From: Patescibacteria group bacterium
GTDB taxonomy: Bacteria; Patescibacteriota; Minisyncoccia; Phycocordibacterales; Zambryskibacteraceae
DNA length: 64,000 nt
Direction: 5' to 3'
Assembly: GCA_004322205.1 (NCBI GenBank)
Contig: SCSN01000016.1
Coordinates: forward strand, 27,118 to 91,117
Positions 7,929-16,701 of this stretch are shown here, one piece after another. Position 1 is the first letter of the stretch, and each line of letters begins with the position of its first letter. The notes below the pieces were generated by a model, which was not told the origin of the DNA, did not search any database, and worked only from the letters and a program-made list of their open reading frames with translations. Made by a program: the position numbers and the translations under genes.

Positions 7929-8498
7929 AACCTCGCGAGGAGTGGTCTTCGAGATGCTGGTCGTTTTCAGACTACTGCTTTCTCTCACGACTATCATCGC
8001 TATCCGGCAAAATTCATTCCGCAAATCGTTCGAAAATTAATTGAAGATTACGCACCTAGTACCGAGCAAATAGTCTGCGACCCATTCGGTGGATGCGGGA
8101 CTACTCTGGTAGAAGCAAAACTGTTGGGACATCCGAGCATCGGTTTTGACATCAACCCTGTTGCGAAATTGATAACCCAAACAAAGACCACCGCGATCAA
8201 GCCACGTACCCTTACAAATCACAAGCAGAAATTTTTAGAATACTACGATACGGCACCTAAGATTTCCTACCAGCACCATCCTCGCATTACTTACTGGTTC
8301 GACGAGGAAACAATCGCTGAATTAGACAGAATTTATTTTGCGATAAAGAAAATAGAGAATCATAATGTCCGTAGGTTTTTCCTCTGCGCCTTTTCACACA
8401 ACCTTAAAAAGGGAAACTTATTCGGAAATTGGGTGCCTACTGGGATTTGCACCCAGTCTGATCCCTCCACAGGGGATAGTGCTGCTGTTACACCATAG
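7929..8498 (+). pseudogene. DNA (N6-adenine/N4-cytosine) methyltransferase remnant; lacks a canonical start and ends before any (D/N/S)PP(Y/F) catalytic motif
   Basis: The frame encodes ...FSHDYHRYPAKFIPQIVRKLIEDYAPSTEQIVCDPFGGCGTTLVEAKLLGH..., the AdoMet-binding motif I region of PF01555-type MTases. No ATG/GTG/TTG occurs before 8124, and the ORF stops after about 190 codons without a catalytic motif. Confidence 0.45.
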
Positions 8499-8574
8499 GC
8501 ACCATTTACCATGAGCCTGTCGAATGGTTCGACAAAGCTGCTGGAGCCGTACAGTTATATCATATACTAACTCC

Positions 8575-9111
8575 ATGACAAAGACTCTCGGTAAAGAATT
8601 CTTCAACAGAAAAACTCTTTTGGTTGCGCGAGATTTGATCGGGAAATATCTGATTAGGAGATTGTGCTCGACTTCGCGCAGACACTACGGCGTAGCAAGG
8701 GAAAAAATCATCGAGGTTGAGGCTTATGTTGGCCCGCACGATCTGGCATGCCATTCGTCAAAAGGAAAAACGCGGCGGACGGAAGTGATGTTTTGTGAGG
8801 CCGGGACGCTCTACGTGTATTTTGTCTATGGAATGTATTGGATGCTTAATGTTGTAACGGAAGAAAAGAACTATCCGGCAGCAATTCTCATTCGCGGCAC
8901 AGAACACTTCAGGAGACCCGGCGTGCTGACCCGCGAACTCAAAATCACTGGCGCTCTCAACGGCAGAGCCGCACGTAAAAGGACTGGGCTTTGGTTTGAG
9001 GATAGAGGAGAAAAAATTCCGCAGTCTAAAATCAAGCGCACTCCTCGTATCGGCATCTCCTACGCCGGGCCGATTTGGTCAAAGAAAAAATATCGCTTTA
9101 CTCTCAAGTAA
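8575..9111 (+). CDS. mpg: DNA-3-methyladenine glycosylase (Mpg/AAG family)
   Basis: FFNRKTLLVARDLIGKYL...EVEAYVGPHDLACHSSKGKTRRTEVMF...YVYFVYGMYWMLNVV...AILIRG is the PF02245 pattern. Confidence 0.8.
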   Translation: MTKTLGKEFFNRKTLLVARDLIGKYLIRRLCSTSRRHYGVAREKIIEVEAYVGPHDLACHSSKGKTRRTEVMFCEAGTLYVYFVYGMYWMLNVVTEEKNYPAAILIRGTEHFRRPGVLTRELKITGALNGRAARKRTGLWFEDRGEKIPQSKIKRTPRIGISYAGPIWSKKKYRFTLK

Positions 9112-9154
9112 AACGGGCCGCGCGCAAGCACGACCCGCCCTCCACTCACCCGGC

Positions 9155-9778
9155 CTAGGCGGATTCCAAGCGGCTTCCGCCAGAGAGACTGCGAAAAGCC
9201 CTCTCCTGATAACGGTGCCTGACCCATGAGATTTCCTCTTCCGAGGCCCCATCCGCCTTCGCAAGCCTTGCCCAATCAGTGTAGGCCCCCCAAACAGCAG
9301 TTACCGGGGAATCGAACACTTCTTGAGGCAGAAGCTGATAGCCGAACTTCTCCAAAACCCACAGCACCTCATGGCGAAGGCGGGAGAGAATGCCGGGAAA
9401 ACGCATAGCCCCGCGGAAACCATTCCTCACCAAGATAAGCGCCCATAACAAAGTGAGGTGATCAACATCTGCTTGAGGCAGAGGTTCGTCGCGCCCATGA
9501 CGCCCTGTGGCTAAATTGCCGTTCTCGGATACCCTCTTGTTGTAGCGCGAACGAATCGAGAGCAGTCTTTCGCCCACTGGCCAAAGAAAAAACTGATCAG
9601 GATCAGCCCTCCTGAATTCCTTTCCGGTTCTTTCCCTGAAAAGCTCGAGGCGGAAAGCCAGCTCCTCCTCGAAAAGCGAGCGGGAAAGACCGTTTTTGGC
9701 GGGGAAAAACCCCATACCGGCTGCGATCCGAAGCAACAGGCGCGCCAGCTTCAAGACAAAACTAGGCTTGGCAGCCAC
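9155..9778 (-). CDS. hypothetical protein
   Basis: It is a 207-aa ORF with no recognised domain. Confidence 0.3.
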   Translation of the reverse strand: MAAKPSFVLKLARLLLRIAAGMGFFPAKNGLSRSLFEEELAFRLELFRERTGKEFRRADPDQFFLWPVGERLLSIRSRYNKRVSENGNLATGRHGRDEPLPQADVDHLTLLWALILVRNGFRGAMRFPGILSRLRHEVLWVLEKFGYQLLPQEVFDSPVTAVWGAYTDWARLAKADGASEEEISWVRHRYQERAFRSLSGGSRLESA

Positions 9779-9901
9779 AATATCCTCCTTGGGTAAAAAG
9801 TTCTTCTGTTGTTATCTTACTCAAAACGCGGGGGAGTTGTCTATGTATATTGGGCAAGTAAATTCCACCGATCTTTTGCCAACAGCAAGTCAGATATTTT
9901 T

Positions 9902-10300
9902 CTAAAGTTCTTGTAAAAATTTTCTCTCGGTCCAGCTTGCATCGCCCAATCTATAATTCCATGTTAATTCCTCTCCTAAATTTATATCAACAGAAGAAAT
10001 GGTCGCACCCTCACTGGTGCCGTTTTCTGCGTCTTCTGTGTTTGCTTGATCAGAGTGGTTAAAAAAACGCGCGTTATCAACGCACAGAATATACTTCTTT
10101 GTTTTGTTGTTCTGGTACGAGTAACCTTTAATAAAATTCCGAATGGTTTCGGGCATGGACACTAGCTCGCTTTCTCCGAATTTCAAGTCAATTCCAGGAG
10201 TAAATTCCCAAATTTTTGTCCCTTTAGGGATAAACTGGTCGGCAAAGAGACCGATACCATGTAATTTACTTAGCCCAATTTTTGTCTTCACTAGAAGCAT
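9902..10300 (-). CDS. SET-domain protein (putative lysine methyltransferase)
   Basis: GIGLFADQFIPKGTKIWEF...NARFFNHSDQANTE...GEELTWNY are the SET signature motifs. Confidence 0.6.
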   Translation of the reverse strand: MLLVKTKIGLSKLHGIGLFADQFIPKGTKIWEFTPGIDLKFGESELVSMPETIRNFIKGYSYQNNKTKKYILCVDNARFFNHSDQANTEDAENGTSEGATISSVDINLGEELTWNYRLGDASWTERKFLQEL

Positions 10301-10495
10301 TAAATATATTGTATTCTTTGCTTCACTTGTGTTTACACTGAACGAGCTTGCGAGTCGAAGTGTGCGCGGGAGAGGAATTGCACCTCCACGCCTTGCGGCA
10401 CAGGAACCTCAATCCTGCGTGGCTACTATTACACCACCCGCGCGTCTGACAAATTATATAAAAAGATAAAAAGAGAAGAGACTTTCAACACAGCG

Positions 10496-10936
10496 CTATT
10501 TTTGAGGCAAAGACCCCTCTGCCGCTATTTTTTCAGATTCCTTTTCTTTTGGCTCAATTTCAGGGATTTCTTCTTCCTCTGCCGACACGAACTGGATATT
10601 TCTCATCTGGCGCTTGATTTCTTTGGCCGCTTTCTTGCGAATGTGGTAGAGCTTGGCGCGGCGGACTTTTGAACGCTTCACAATTTCAACCTTATCAACA
10701 ACCGGTGAATATAGGGGAAAGATTTTCTCCACTCCTACTCCGCTTGCTAGTCTACGGACGGTGAAAGTTGCTCCCGGCTCTCTGCCGTGTTTAACAGCAA
10801 GCACCAACCCCTCAAACGATTGCAGGCGCGTTTTGCCTTTCTCTTGAATTTTCTGGGAGACGCGAACTGTGTCCCCCGCCTTGAGGTCGAGTTTCTGGCG
10901 CTCGGTAATATCAATGGGAGAAATTTTTATTGCCAC
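10496..10936 (-). CDS. rplS: 50S ribosomal protein L19 with C-terminal acidic extension
   Basis: GDTVRVSQKIQEKGKTRLQSFEGLVLAVKHGREPGATFTVRRLASGVGVEKIFPLYSPVVDKVEIVKRSKVRRAKLYHIR is the L19 pattern. Confidence 0.85.
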   Translation of the reverse strand: MAIKISPIDITERQKLDLKAGDTVRVSQKIQEKGKTRLQSFEGLVLAVKHGREPGATFTVRRLASGVGVEKIFPLYSPVVDKVEIVKRSKVRRAKLYHIRKKAAKEIKRQMRNIQFVSAEEEEIPEIEPKEKESEKIAAEGSLPQK

Positions 10937-10974
10937 GATTGAAAATATTAGAGCACCACTTTATCACACACCCC

Positions 10975-11724
10975 TTACGGAGGCAAATGAACCAAGCCAA
11001 GCTCTCTAGCGGCACTCTGAAAATCTGGCGGATGAGAAGCCGTCACTGTGACGAGAATCCTTTCAAGATTGCGGAAGGTGAGAGAATAGGCGTGAAGGGC
11101 AAGCCGTTTAAATCCGAGGAGAGGCGGGCGCTTGGGTGCATAGAGTTTGTCGCAGACAATCGGGTGGTCCATTGCTTTGAAATGAACACGGATTTGGTGC
11201 GTCCGCCCGGTCTTTGGCCGCGCCTCAACAAATGTCGCATCTTTACCTCTCCCGAGCACCCAGAAGTAAGTGGTCGCCTCGCGCAGAGCGCCTCGCGCTC
11301 CGCGCTCGGCGGAGCGTTTGCGAAAATCGCTTCTGCTCCTGCCAATGGGCAGATTTATTATCCCCTCATTATCCTTGAGTACTCCATAGACAAAGCAGTG
11401 ATAGGTCTTCTCTATCTCCCTGCCTTGAAACTGTTTTTTGAGAGCGGCGAATGCTTCCTTGTTTTTCGCCAAAACCAAAACACCCGATGTTTCCCGGTCT
11501 AGCCGATGCACCACACCCGGACGCGGTATCTCGCGAGCTATAGATCGTGAACCGTTAATCTTTAGCGGTTCGCCAACTGTTGCCGACTGTGGGTAGCGAG
11601 TTAGCATCCAGTCTGTAATATCCTCCTCCTTCCTTCTGCCATCCGAATGCACGACGAGCCCCGGCGGCTTGTTTATAACAACAATATCCTTGTCCTCATA
11701 TAGAACAGAGATCTTCTGAATCAT
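10975..11724 (-). CDS. RluA-family 23S rRNA pseudouridine synthase (RluD-like)
   Basis: HRLDRETSGVLVLAKN is the catalytic Asp motif, and there is an N-terminal S4-like region. Confidence 0.85.
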   Translation of the reverse strand: MIQKISVLYEDKDIVVINKPPGLVVHSDGRRKEEDITDWMLTRYPQSATVGEPLKINGSRSIAREIPRPGVVHRLDRETSGVLVLAKNKEAFAALKKQFQGREIEKTYHCFVYGVLKDNEGIINLPIGRSRSDFRKRSAERGARGALREATTYFWVLGRGKDATFVEARPKTGRTHQIRVHFKAMDHPIVCDKLYAPKRPPLLGFKRLALHAYSLTFRNLERILVTVTASHPPDFQSAARELGLVHLPP

Positions 11725-11726
11725 TG

Positions 11727-11809
11727 TGGGCGAGGGGAGATTTGAACTCCCACGGGCTTGCGCCCATAGCGCCCTGAACGCTACGTGTCTGCCATTTCAC
11801 CACTCGCCC
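11727..11809 (-). tRNA. tRNA-Leu (anticodon CAG)
   Basis: A manual cloverleaf fits: acceptor GGGCGAG/CTCGCCC, anticodon stem TAGCG/CGCTA, loop TTCAGGG, long variable arm and T-loop TTCAAAT. Confidence 0.8.
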
Positions 11810-11810
11810 G

Positions 11811-11842
11811 AGTGGGTGCGCGGTGAGAGATTCGAATCTTAC
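11811..11842 (-). other. tRNA 3'-half-like fragment (resembles the acceptor and T-arm of the adjacent tRNA-Val)
   Basis: ggtgcgcggtgagagattcgaatct matches ggtgcgcgctgagagatttgaactc of the tRNA-Val 3' end at about 22/26. No complete cloverleaf could be folded. Confidence 0.3.
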
Positions 11843-11939
11843 AGATTCTGTAGGCCTTTCGCTTCACACTCGTTTCGCTCGCGCGACAAGCTCAAGGCCC
11901 TCTCATCTCTCACGCAAGCAAAGCAGTTTACTTGCTAGC

Positions 11940-12013
11940 GCGGTGCGCGCTGAGAGATTTGAACTCCCGGCCTACTGAGTGTAAATCAGTCGCTCTAACC
12001 AACTGAGCTAAGC
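11940..12013 (-). tRNA. tRNA-Val (anticodon TAC)
   Basis: A manual cloverleaf fits: acceptor GCGCGCT/AGCGCGC, D-arm GCTC/GAGC, anticodon stem ACTGA/TCAGT and loop TTTACAC. Confidence 0.8.
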
Positions 12014-12098
12014 GCGCGTTGCAATACATTATCCTATCTTGTCTCGTGACTGCAAGTTTTTGTACTTCTTTCGGGTTTCTATTATAGTTCTTATCAAC

Positions 12099-12674
12099 AT
12101 GAAAAAAACTTGCGAATGGCCGACGGGAGATAAACTTATGCTCCGCTACCACGACAGAGAGTGGGGTGTGCCGGTTCACAACGACAGGAAAATTTTTGAA
12201 TTTCTGGTGCTTGAGAGCGCGCAGGCCGGTCTTTCTTGGAGAATAATTCTTCATCGGCGCCATGGATACAAAAAAGCCTTCGCGAACTACAATCCGAAGA
12301 AAGTGGCGAAATTTTCTAAGAAAGATGCCGCGCGGCTTCTCAAAGACACCGGCATTATTCGCAATCGTCTAAAAATTGAAGCGACGATCAATAACGCAAG
12401 GCGATTTTTGGAGATTCAAAAAGAGTTTGGAAGTTTTGCTAAGTATATGTGGAGTTTTATCGGAGGGAAACCGATTGACGGCAAAAGAAAAACACTCAAA
12501 GATTTGCCCGCTGTAACCAGAGAGGCGGAAGTTTTTGCGGCAGACCTAAGGCGGCGAGGATTTAAATTTCTCGGACCGACTGTTGTTTACGCCCACATGC
12601 AGGCGGTGGGGATGGTGAACGATCATGTTGTTGAATGTTTCCGGTACAGAGAGATAAAAAGAAGAGCTCTGTAA
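12099..12674 (+). CDS. tag: DNA-3-methyladenine glycosylase I (Tag)
   Basis: CEWPTGDKLMLRYHDREWGVPVHNDRKIFEFLVLESAQAGLSWRIIL is the classic Tag N-terminus. The start is trimmed to MKKTCEW. Confidence 0.85.
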   Translation: MKKTCEWPTGDKLMLRYHDREWGVPVHNDRKIFEFLVLESAQAGLSWRIILHRRHGYKKAFANYNPKKVAKFSKKDAARLLKDTGIIRNRLKIEATINNARRFLEIQKEFGSFAKYMWSFIGGKPIDGKRKTLKDLPAVTREAEVFAADLRRRGFKFLGPTVVYAHMQAVGMVNDHVVECFRYREIKRRAL

Positions 12675-12694
12675 ATCTCCAGTTATTTGTGTAA

Positions 12695-12767
12695 GATAAA
12701 TCCACGCCCCCGTAGTTCAATGGACAGAACCGCGGACTTCTAAGCCGCTGATGTAAGTTCGATTCTT
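12695..12767 (+). tRNA. tRNA-Arg (anticodon TCT)
   Basis: Acceptor GCCCCCG/CGGGGGC, anticodon loop CTTCTAA and T-arm GTAAG-TTCGATT-CTTAC fit. Confidence 0.85.
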
Positions 12768-12797
12768 ACCGGGGGCGCAAAATTCGTAGTATAGTTA
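12765..12797 (+). repeat. 33-bp direct repeat X, copy 1 (gcgcaaaattcgtagtatagttaaaccacaaaa), starting in the last bases of tRNA-Arg
   Basis: It is identical to 14485-14517. Confidence 0.85.
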
Positions 12798-12813
12798 AAC
12801 CACAAAAGAACCC

Positions 12814-12844
12814 AAAGAAAAACATCGGCTCGAACCATATTTTA
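12814..12844 (+). repeat. recombinase-gene micro-remnant: aaagaaaaac fused to a reverse-complement copy of the 27-bp repeat (aaaaacatcggctcgaaccatatttta)
   Basis: It matches the reverse complement of 20605-20631 and 22026-22052 (one mismatch each) and also 13468-13493. Confidence 0.6.
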
Positions 12845-12889
12845 ATTTTGGGGGAAGAAAATTTTTTAATCCTTCTCTGATGATTACAA

Positions 12890-13339
12890 ATGACTTTACC
12901 TACACATGTATTAGCTGGACTAATAATTGGCAAAATAACAGGAGATTTTTCTACGGCAATCGCCGGTTCTCTGGTAATGGATTTAGACCATACTATTTCG
13001 TATTTTCGCCACGGAATTTTATTTAAACCTCGCCAATTATTTAAGGCAATATCTGACGAAGCAGACCCGTGGGGTGACCAAAGAAATTTTTTACACAGCA
13101 TTTTTAGTTGGGTTGTCATTTCTGTTGCGCTTTTAACAATTAATTTTAATTTTGGTTTAGTATTTTCCATAGCTTATTTTTTTCACTTAGTTTTTGACGC
13201 TTTGGATGGGGCTGATTTTTATCCATTTTTCCCTTTCAAAAAATTTGCGATAAAAGGGTTTGTAGAATATTACTCAAAACAAGAAATTATTTTTGACATT
13301 TTATTGATTCTCGTTTTTGTCGCTCTTTTTGTCATTTGA
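12890..13339 (+). CDS. YdjM-like membrane-bound metal-dependent hydrolase family protein
   Basis: MTLPTHVLAGLIIGKI...HLVFDALD gives a multi-TM protein with His/Asp motifs typical of PF04307. The assignment is moderate. Confidence 0.45.
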   Translation: MTLPTHVLAGLIIGKITGDFSTAIAGSLVMDLDHTISYFRHGILFKPRQLFKAISDEADPWGDQRNFLHSIFSWVVISVALLTINFNFGLVFSIAYFFHLVFDALDGADFYPFFPFKKFAIKGFVEYYSKQEIIFDILLILVFVALFVI

Positions 13340-13401
13340 TTCAGCTCCAATTTTTTGATAAAATCCGCTTGGTATTCGCTTCGCGAATTCTTGGATTAAA
13401 T

Positions 13402-13493
13402 GCCGCCAAAGAAAAACTTGAAATCGTTGCTTCGCTCTGCGAAGCCCAAACTGCCAAAGAACCTGAAAACAAATCGGCTCGAACCATATTTTG
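13402..13493 (+). pseudogene. internally deleted fragment of a large serine recombinase gene (codons about 30-55 joined to the 3'-end repeat)
   Basis: It translates AAKEKLEIVASLCEAQTAKEP, matching residues 31-53 of the intact recombinase at 21978. It is followed by aaacaaatcggctcgaaccatattttg, the reverse complement of the 27-bp repeat. Confidence 0.5.
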
Positions 13494-13634
13494 TAAGGGC
13501 AAAAGAAATTTTTTCATAAGGATTTTTGAAAACAGAAACTCGAAAGGGTTTCTGTTTTCAGTTGATTTTTATTGTTATTTCTGCTAGTTTGTCTATGGAA
13601 CCCCGACAACTAAACACAGAGAGGAGAGTTCTTT

Positions 13635-14270
13635 ATGACACAAGAAGCACTGATGACAGAGCTTCTTTCCATGCGAAAGCGAGCGGAACGAACGGCGCAG
13701 AGCATCGACCAAATCTCACGCAACCTTTCTTCCGAGCGTCAGACGCTCCGGCAGGTGGTCAAGGAATACGGAGCGAAGCGCGTCGAGCTCCTCAAGCAGG
13801 AACTTCAGGCGCGAGGGATGACCTGGTGCACCTGCTGCTCCGGGGCGATTCCCGAAAGCGAGTCTGAGCTTCTGTTCGTCGAAGGAGCTGAGGAACGCTC
13901 CGGTGGCTACGAGAATTCATGTTGGGGTTGCGAGCGGTTCTCGAAACTCCATCGAGTGTGCTCGGGCTGCCGCGACAAAGCACAAGATCGACATGGTACA
14001 CAGGGCCGCTACGACAACTTCAACAAGATTCAGGCATACTTCTACGCCTCTCGCGTAGAGAAGCGCGAGGGCGGCTACTACGCCCGCAAGTTCGGCAACT
14101 GGGTCAAGCTCGACGACGAGAACTGTAAGCTCGATGAGCCGTCGGGCCAACTAGTAGAGAGACTTGCGGAGGAGTGGAATCTCCCGCCACGAATCGAGGT
14201 CGAGCCGAAGTGGCCGAGCTCCGAGGGGAAGCTCGTCGTCCACGAGCGGATGCTGGCTGAAGCGGGTTAG
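13635..14270 (+). CDS. hypothetical Cys-rich protein (possible zinc-ribbon) in a GC-rich segment
   Basis: It is a 211-aa ORF with WCTCCSG...CWGCERF...CSGC. The segment 13.56-15.25 kb is noticeably more GC-rich than its surroundings. Confidence 0.4.
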   Translation: MTQEALMTELLSMRKRAERTAQSIDQISRNLSSERQTLRQVVKEYGAKRVELLKQELQARGMTWCTCCSGAIPESESELLFVEGAEERSGGYENSCWGCERFSKLHRVCSGCRDKAQDRHGTQGRYDNFNKIQAYFYASRVEKREGGYYARKFGNWVKLDDENCKLDEPSGQLVERLAEEWNLPPRIEVEPKWPSSEGKLVVHERMLAEAG

Positions 14271-14365
14271 CCATACGTCCCTAACAGAGGGTGTTCTGCC
14301 AAGTGCCGGACACCCTCATTTCTTTTTACAAAGAACATTTGTGCGTGCTTCGCACGCTAGAATTT

Positions 14366-14426
14366 GTATTCCGCCAAAGAAAAACTTAAAATTGTCAGTG
14401 TGCGCGGCGGAGCCGCTCATTTTTGG
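14366..14426 (+). repeat. about 60-bp direct repeat R1, copy 1 (gtattccgccaaagaaaaacttaaaattgtcagtgtgcgcggcggagccgc...)
   Basis: It is near-identical to 19037-19096. It covers codons about 31-38 of a recombinase (AKEKLKIV) followed by a non-recombinase sequence. Confidence 0.8.
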
Positions 14427-14484
14427 TGGGGGCTTCCTCGCCGCCTGCGGCGGCGAAATGCGTTCGGACTAATCCAAGAATACT

Positions 14485-14517
14485 GCGCAAAATTCGTAGT
14501 ATAGTTAAACCACAAAA
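14485..14517 (+). repeat. 33-bp direct repeat X, copy 2, followed by a perfect 12-bp palindrome (aaaacctgccgg/ccggcaggtttt)
   Basis: It is identical to 12765-12797, and the palindrome lies at 14513-14536. Confidence 0.85.
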
Positions 14518-15252
14518 CCTGCCGGCCGGCAGGTTTTGTGGTTTTGAGTTGACAGACTGACCAGAAATGTCAGAATAAAAAAAGAACATTCCACCGGGAG
14601 GTGTTGTGAAAAAGCTGATCTGGGGAACGGTTCTTTTTGTTTCCTCGCATGGGCAGAGCCGGTCCAGGCCCAAAAACTGATCAACAGGCACATACCCCAC
14701 TTCCTCACCAAAATAGCTACGGGAGTTGCGGCAACGGAAGGACTGAAGCTTTTTGGAGTCCCCCGCCCCAAGGCGGCGGTTCTCGGCGTGGTCGGCACGT
14801 GGGCCGCCTCGGTGGTGGTCTCCTGCATCCGCTGGTGCGGCAGTCGCGGCTATTCTCTGGTACCGGCGGCTTGCGACAAGGGAGCTGACCTGTTCGCCAC
14901 GACTCTGGTCGCAGTGCCGCTCAATGTCCGGTTGGGCCGGATAGGAAGGTTCGAGGTTATGGTCGGAGGAACTGGTCTTTACTTCCTCACCTTCGATCGG
15001 TGCGCCAGGCCCTGATCTTTCCTCGCCAAGCAAAAAGCACCCCGCACTCACGTGCGGGGTTTGCTCTTTTATGAGACATTGATCTCGTCTAGCGAATCTC
15101 GTACGTCACCGAAACCACAATGACTACCTCTTGGCTTCCCGACTGAAGCTCGGGTGTTCCCCCGCCCCCAAGGCCCAAGGGCACCGCCCGTTCCAGATAC
15201 TGAATCGGCGGGAAACCAGAATCGGACTCATTCAAAATTACTGCGTAAAAAC

Positions 15253-15591
15253 TTAGCGTGAAGGGTCCGGAAGTGATACCGGGCGCGTCTTGAGACTCTC
15301 GAGAATAGCTGCTCTTTCTTCAAAACGGGAAAGAGTTTGTCGGAGCAGATTCTCATCGATTGCCCCTTGCACTGCATCAGAGCCTTGCTTGATGACAAAA
15401 ACCTCTCCCTTACTCACCTTCACAAACAAGAGCAGGTTAAAAGCGACAACAAGAATAGTCATCAAAAGAGCAGAAAGGAGAACCAATCGCCAGTCGCGCG
15501 CCGCGCGCGTGGAAAGAGTTGGGAAATCTCGCCCCTGCAACTGAAACAAACTGATAATTTTCGAAAACGATAGACGCAGTTTCATAGTCAC
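15253..15591 (-). CDS. pilus-assembly-associated membrane protein (PilP-position ORF)
   Basis: It is a single-TM protein at the end of the pilMNO operon. It is called on context only. Confidence 0.3.
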   Translation of the reverse strand: MTMKLRLSFSKIISLFQLQGRDFPTLSTRAARDWRLVLLSALLMTILVVAFNLLLFVKVSKGEVFVIKQGSDAVQGAIDENLLRQTLSRFEERAAILESLKTRPVSLPDPSR

Positions 15592-16157
15592 TTGAGCTTG
15601 AGCACTGTAAAATCATAATACCCCTTCCAAAGCCTCCTGCCGCGAGCGCTATCGCTATCAAACAGCGGCTCCTTACCATCTTCCAGGGAGAAAATAACTT
15701 GATCCACCTCAACTCGATACGGGAGATGCTCGAGAACAGAGAGCAGTTCGGCGACCTCCGCCCAACTGCCAACCATCTCCACTTTAAGGCGCAAAAGTTC
15801 TTTGAAGTCGTCTTTGCTTTTTGTATCCGGCTCCACTGTCACCGCCCCGATCACCAGCGAGAGATCGTACTGGCGCCCAATGTTCTCCAGAAACTCGATG
15901 AAATGAGGTACACCATCGCGCGCCACAAAATATGAGTCGAGAGTAGCAATATTTGTGCTGTGCTGTCCCAAAGCGCGCTTTGCCGCCCGCAGGAACTCGT
16001 CATTTTTAATGTCCCGTTCCGCAGCATTCGCTAGAGCGTGGGCTTTTTCATTTACCTTTTTCACAATGTAGAAGAGAGTGCCGTAGGCGCCCCAAGCCAG
16101 CGCCGCCAAGACAGCGGTCAGAGCAAGGAGTTTTCTGATGTTTGAAAGGTGGTGCAT
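15588..16157 (-). CDS. pilO: type IV pilus assembly protein PilO-like
   Basis: It has an N-terminal TM region and a periplasmic domain and sits in the operon position after PilN. The start is trimmed to MHHLSNI so it abuts the PilN stop. Confidence 0.45.
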   Translation of the reverse strand: MHHLSNIRKLLALTAVLAALAWGAYGTLFYIVKKVNEKAHALANAAERDIKNDEFLRAAKRALGQHSTNIATLDSYFVARDGVPHFIEFLENIGRQYDLSLVIGAVTVEPDTKSKDDFKELLRLKVEMVGSWAEVAELLSVLEHLPYRVEVDQVIFSLEDGKEPLFDSDSARGRRLWKGYYDFTVLKLK

Positions 16158-16158
16158 G

Positions 16159-16689
16159 CTAGCGAACAGTAATCTGAATGGAGAAGCTGGCGTTCCGGTC
16201 TTTGGCAAAATCGGAGACTGGAATATTGACACGCCCAAACGATGGTTCGCTTTCAAGCAATTTCACAAACTGCGCCAGACTCTCCCGGTTTGCGGCAATC
16301 CCGGAGAACCTAAGCTCGTTGCCTCCCGCTTTTCGCTGGTACTCGAGAGAGCTCAAGCGGACAGATGAAATTCTCCTAGCAAGCAGACGTTCAAAGAGCG
16401 CCTCTGCCGACTGTGGGCTGGTGGTGGCAAGAGTCCGGATCTTGAGATTGGCGCTGGTGAGCTTGGTGTTGAGCTCATTGGCCTCCCGAAGAATGGTTGA
16501 ATGCCGCACTGCATCAATTCTGCCGGACACTTCCTTATAGCGAGAGTCCGACACTAAATACGACGGAACAAGAAAAATAAACGCCAAGGCGGCGGTCAGA
16601 GCAAGAAAGAGACAGACAAGAATCCCCACTCGAATGCGGTACTCCGCGAAGATGTGCTTTTTCTCTGCGTCAGGAAGGAGGTTAAACAT
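16159..16689 (-). CDS. pilN: type IV pilus assembly protein PilN
   Basis: The start MFNLLPDAEKK is the conserved PilN N-terminus, and there is a single TM region. Confidence 0.6.
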   Translation of the reverse strand: MFNLLPDAEKKHIFAEYRIRVGILVCLFLALTAALAFIFLVPSYLVSDSRYKEVSGRIDAVRHSTILREANELNTKLTSANLKIRTLATTSPQSAEALFERLLARRISSVRLSSLEYQRKAGGNELRFSGIAANRESLAQFVKLLESEPSFGRVNIPVSDFAKDRNASFSIQITVR

Positions 16690-16701
16690 GGTGGTGCGTG
16701 G

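Noticed and set aside
11928-12263. 111-aa minus-strand ORF containing ...NARLAQLVRATDLHSVGREFKS...
   Set aside because: It is a translation across tRNA-Val (11940-12013) and the tag upstream region, so it is spurious.
12766-13170. 134-aa minus-strand ORF ending ...FFCGLTILRILRPR
   Set aside because: It overlaps the YdjM-like gene on the other strand and runs into the tRNA-Arg/repeat X region. The same tail (GLTILRILR) reappears in ORF 14395..15051 because both read repeat X.
14395-15051. 218-aa minus-strand ORF and several 60-110-aa ORFs in the GC-rich block
   Set aside because: The composition-driven open frames have no domains and overlap one another. Only the plus-strand frame with a hydrophobic profile was kept, as a tentative finding.
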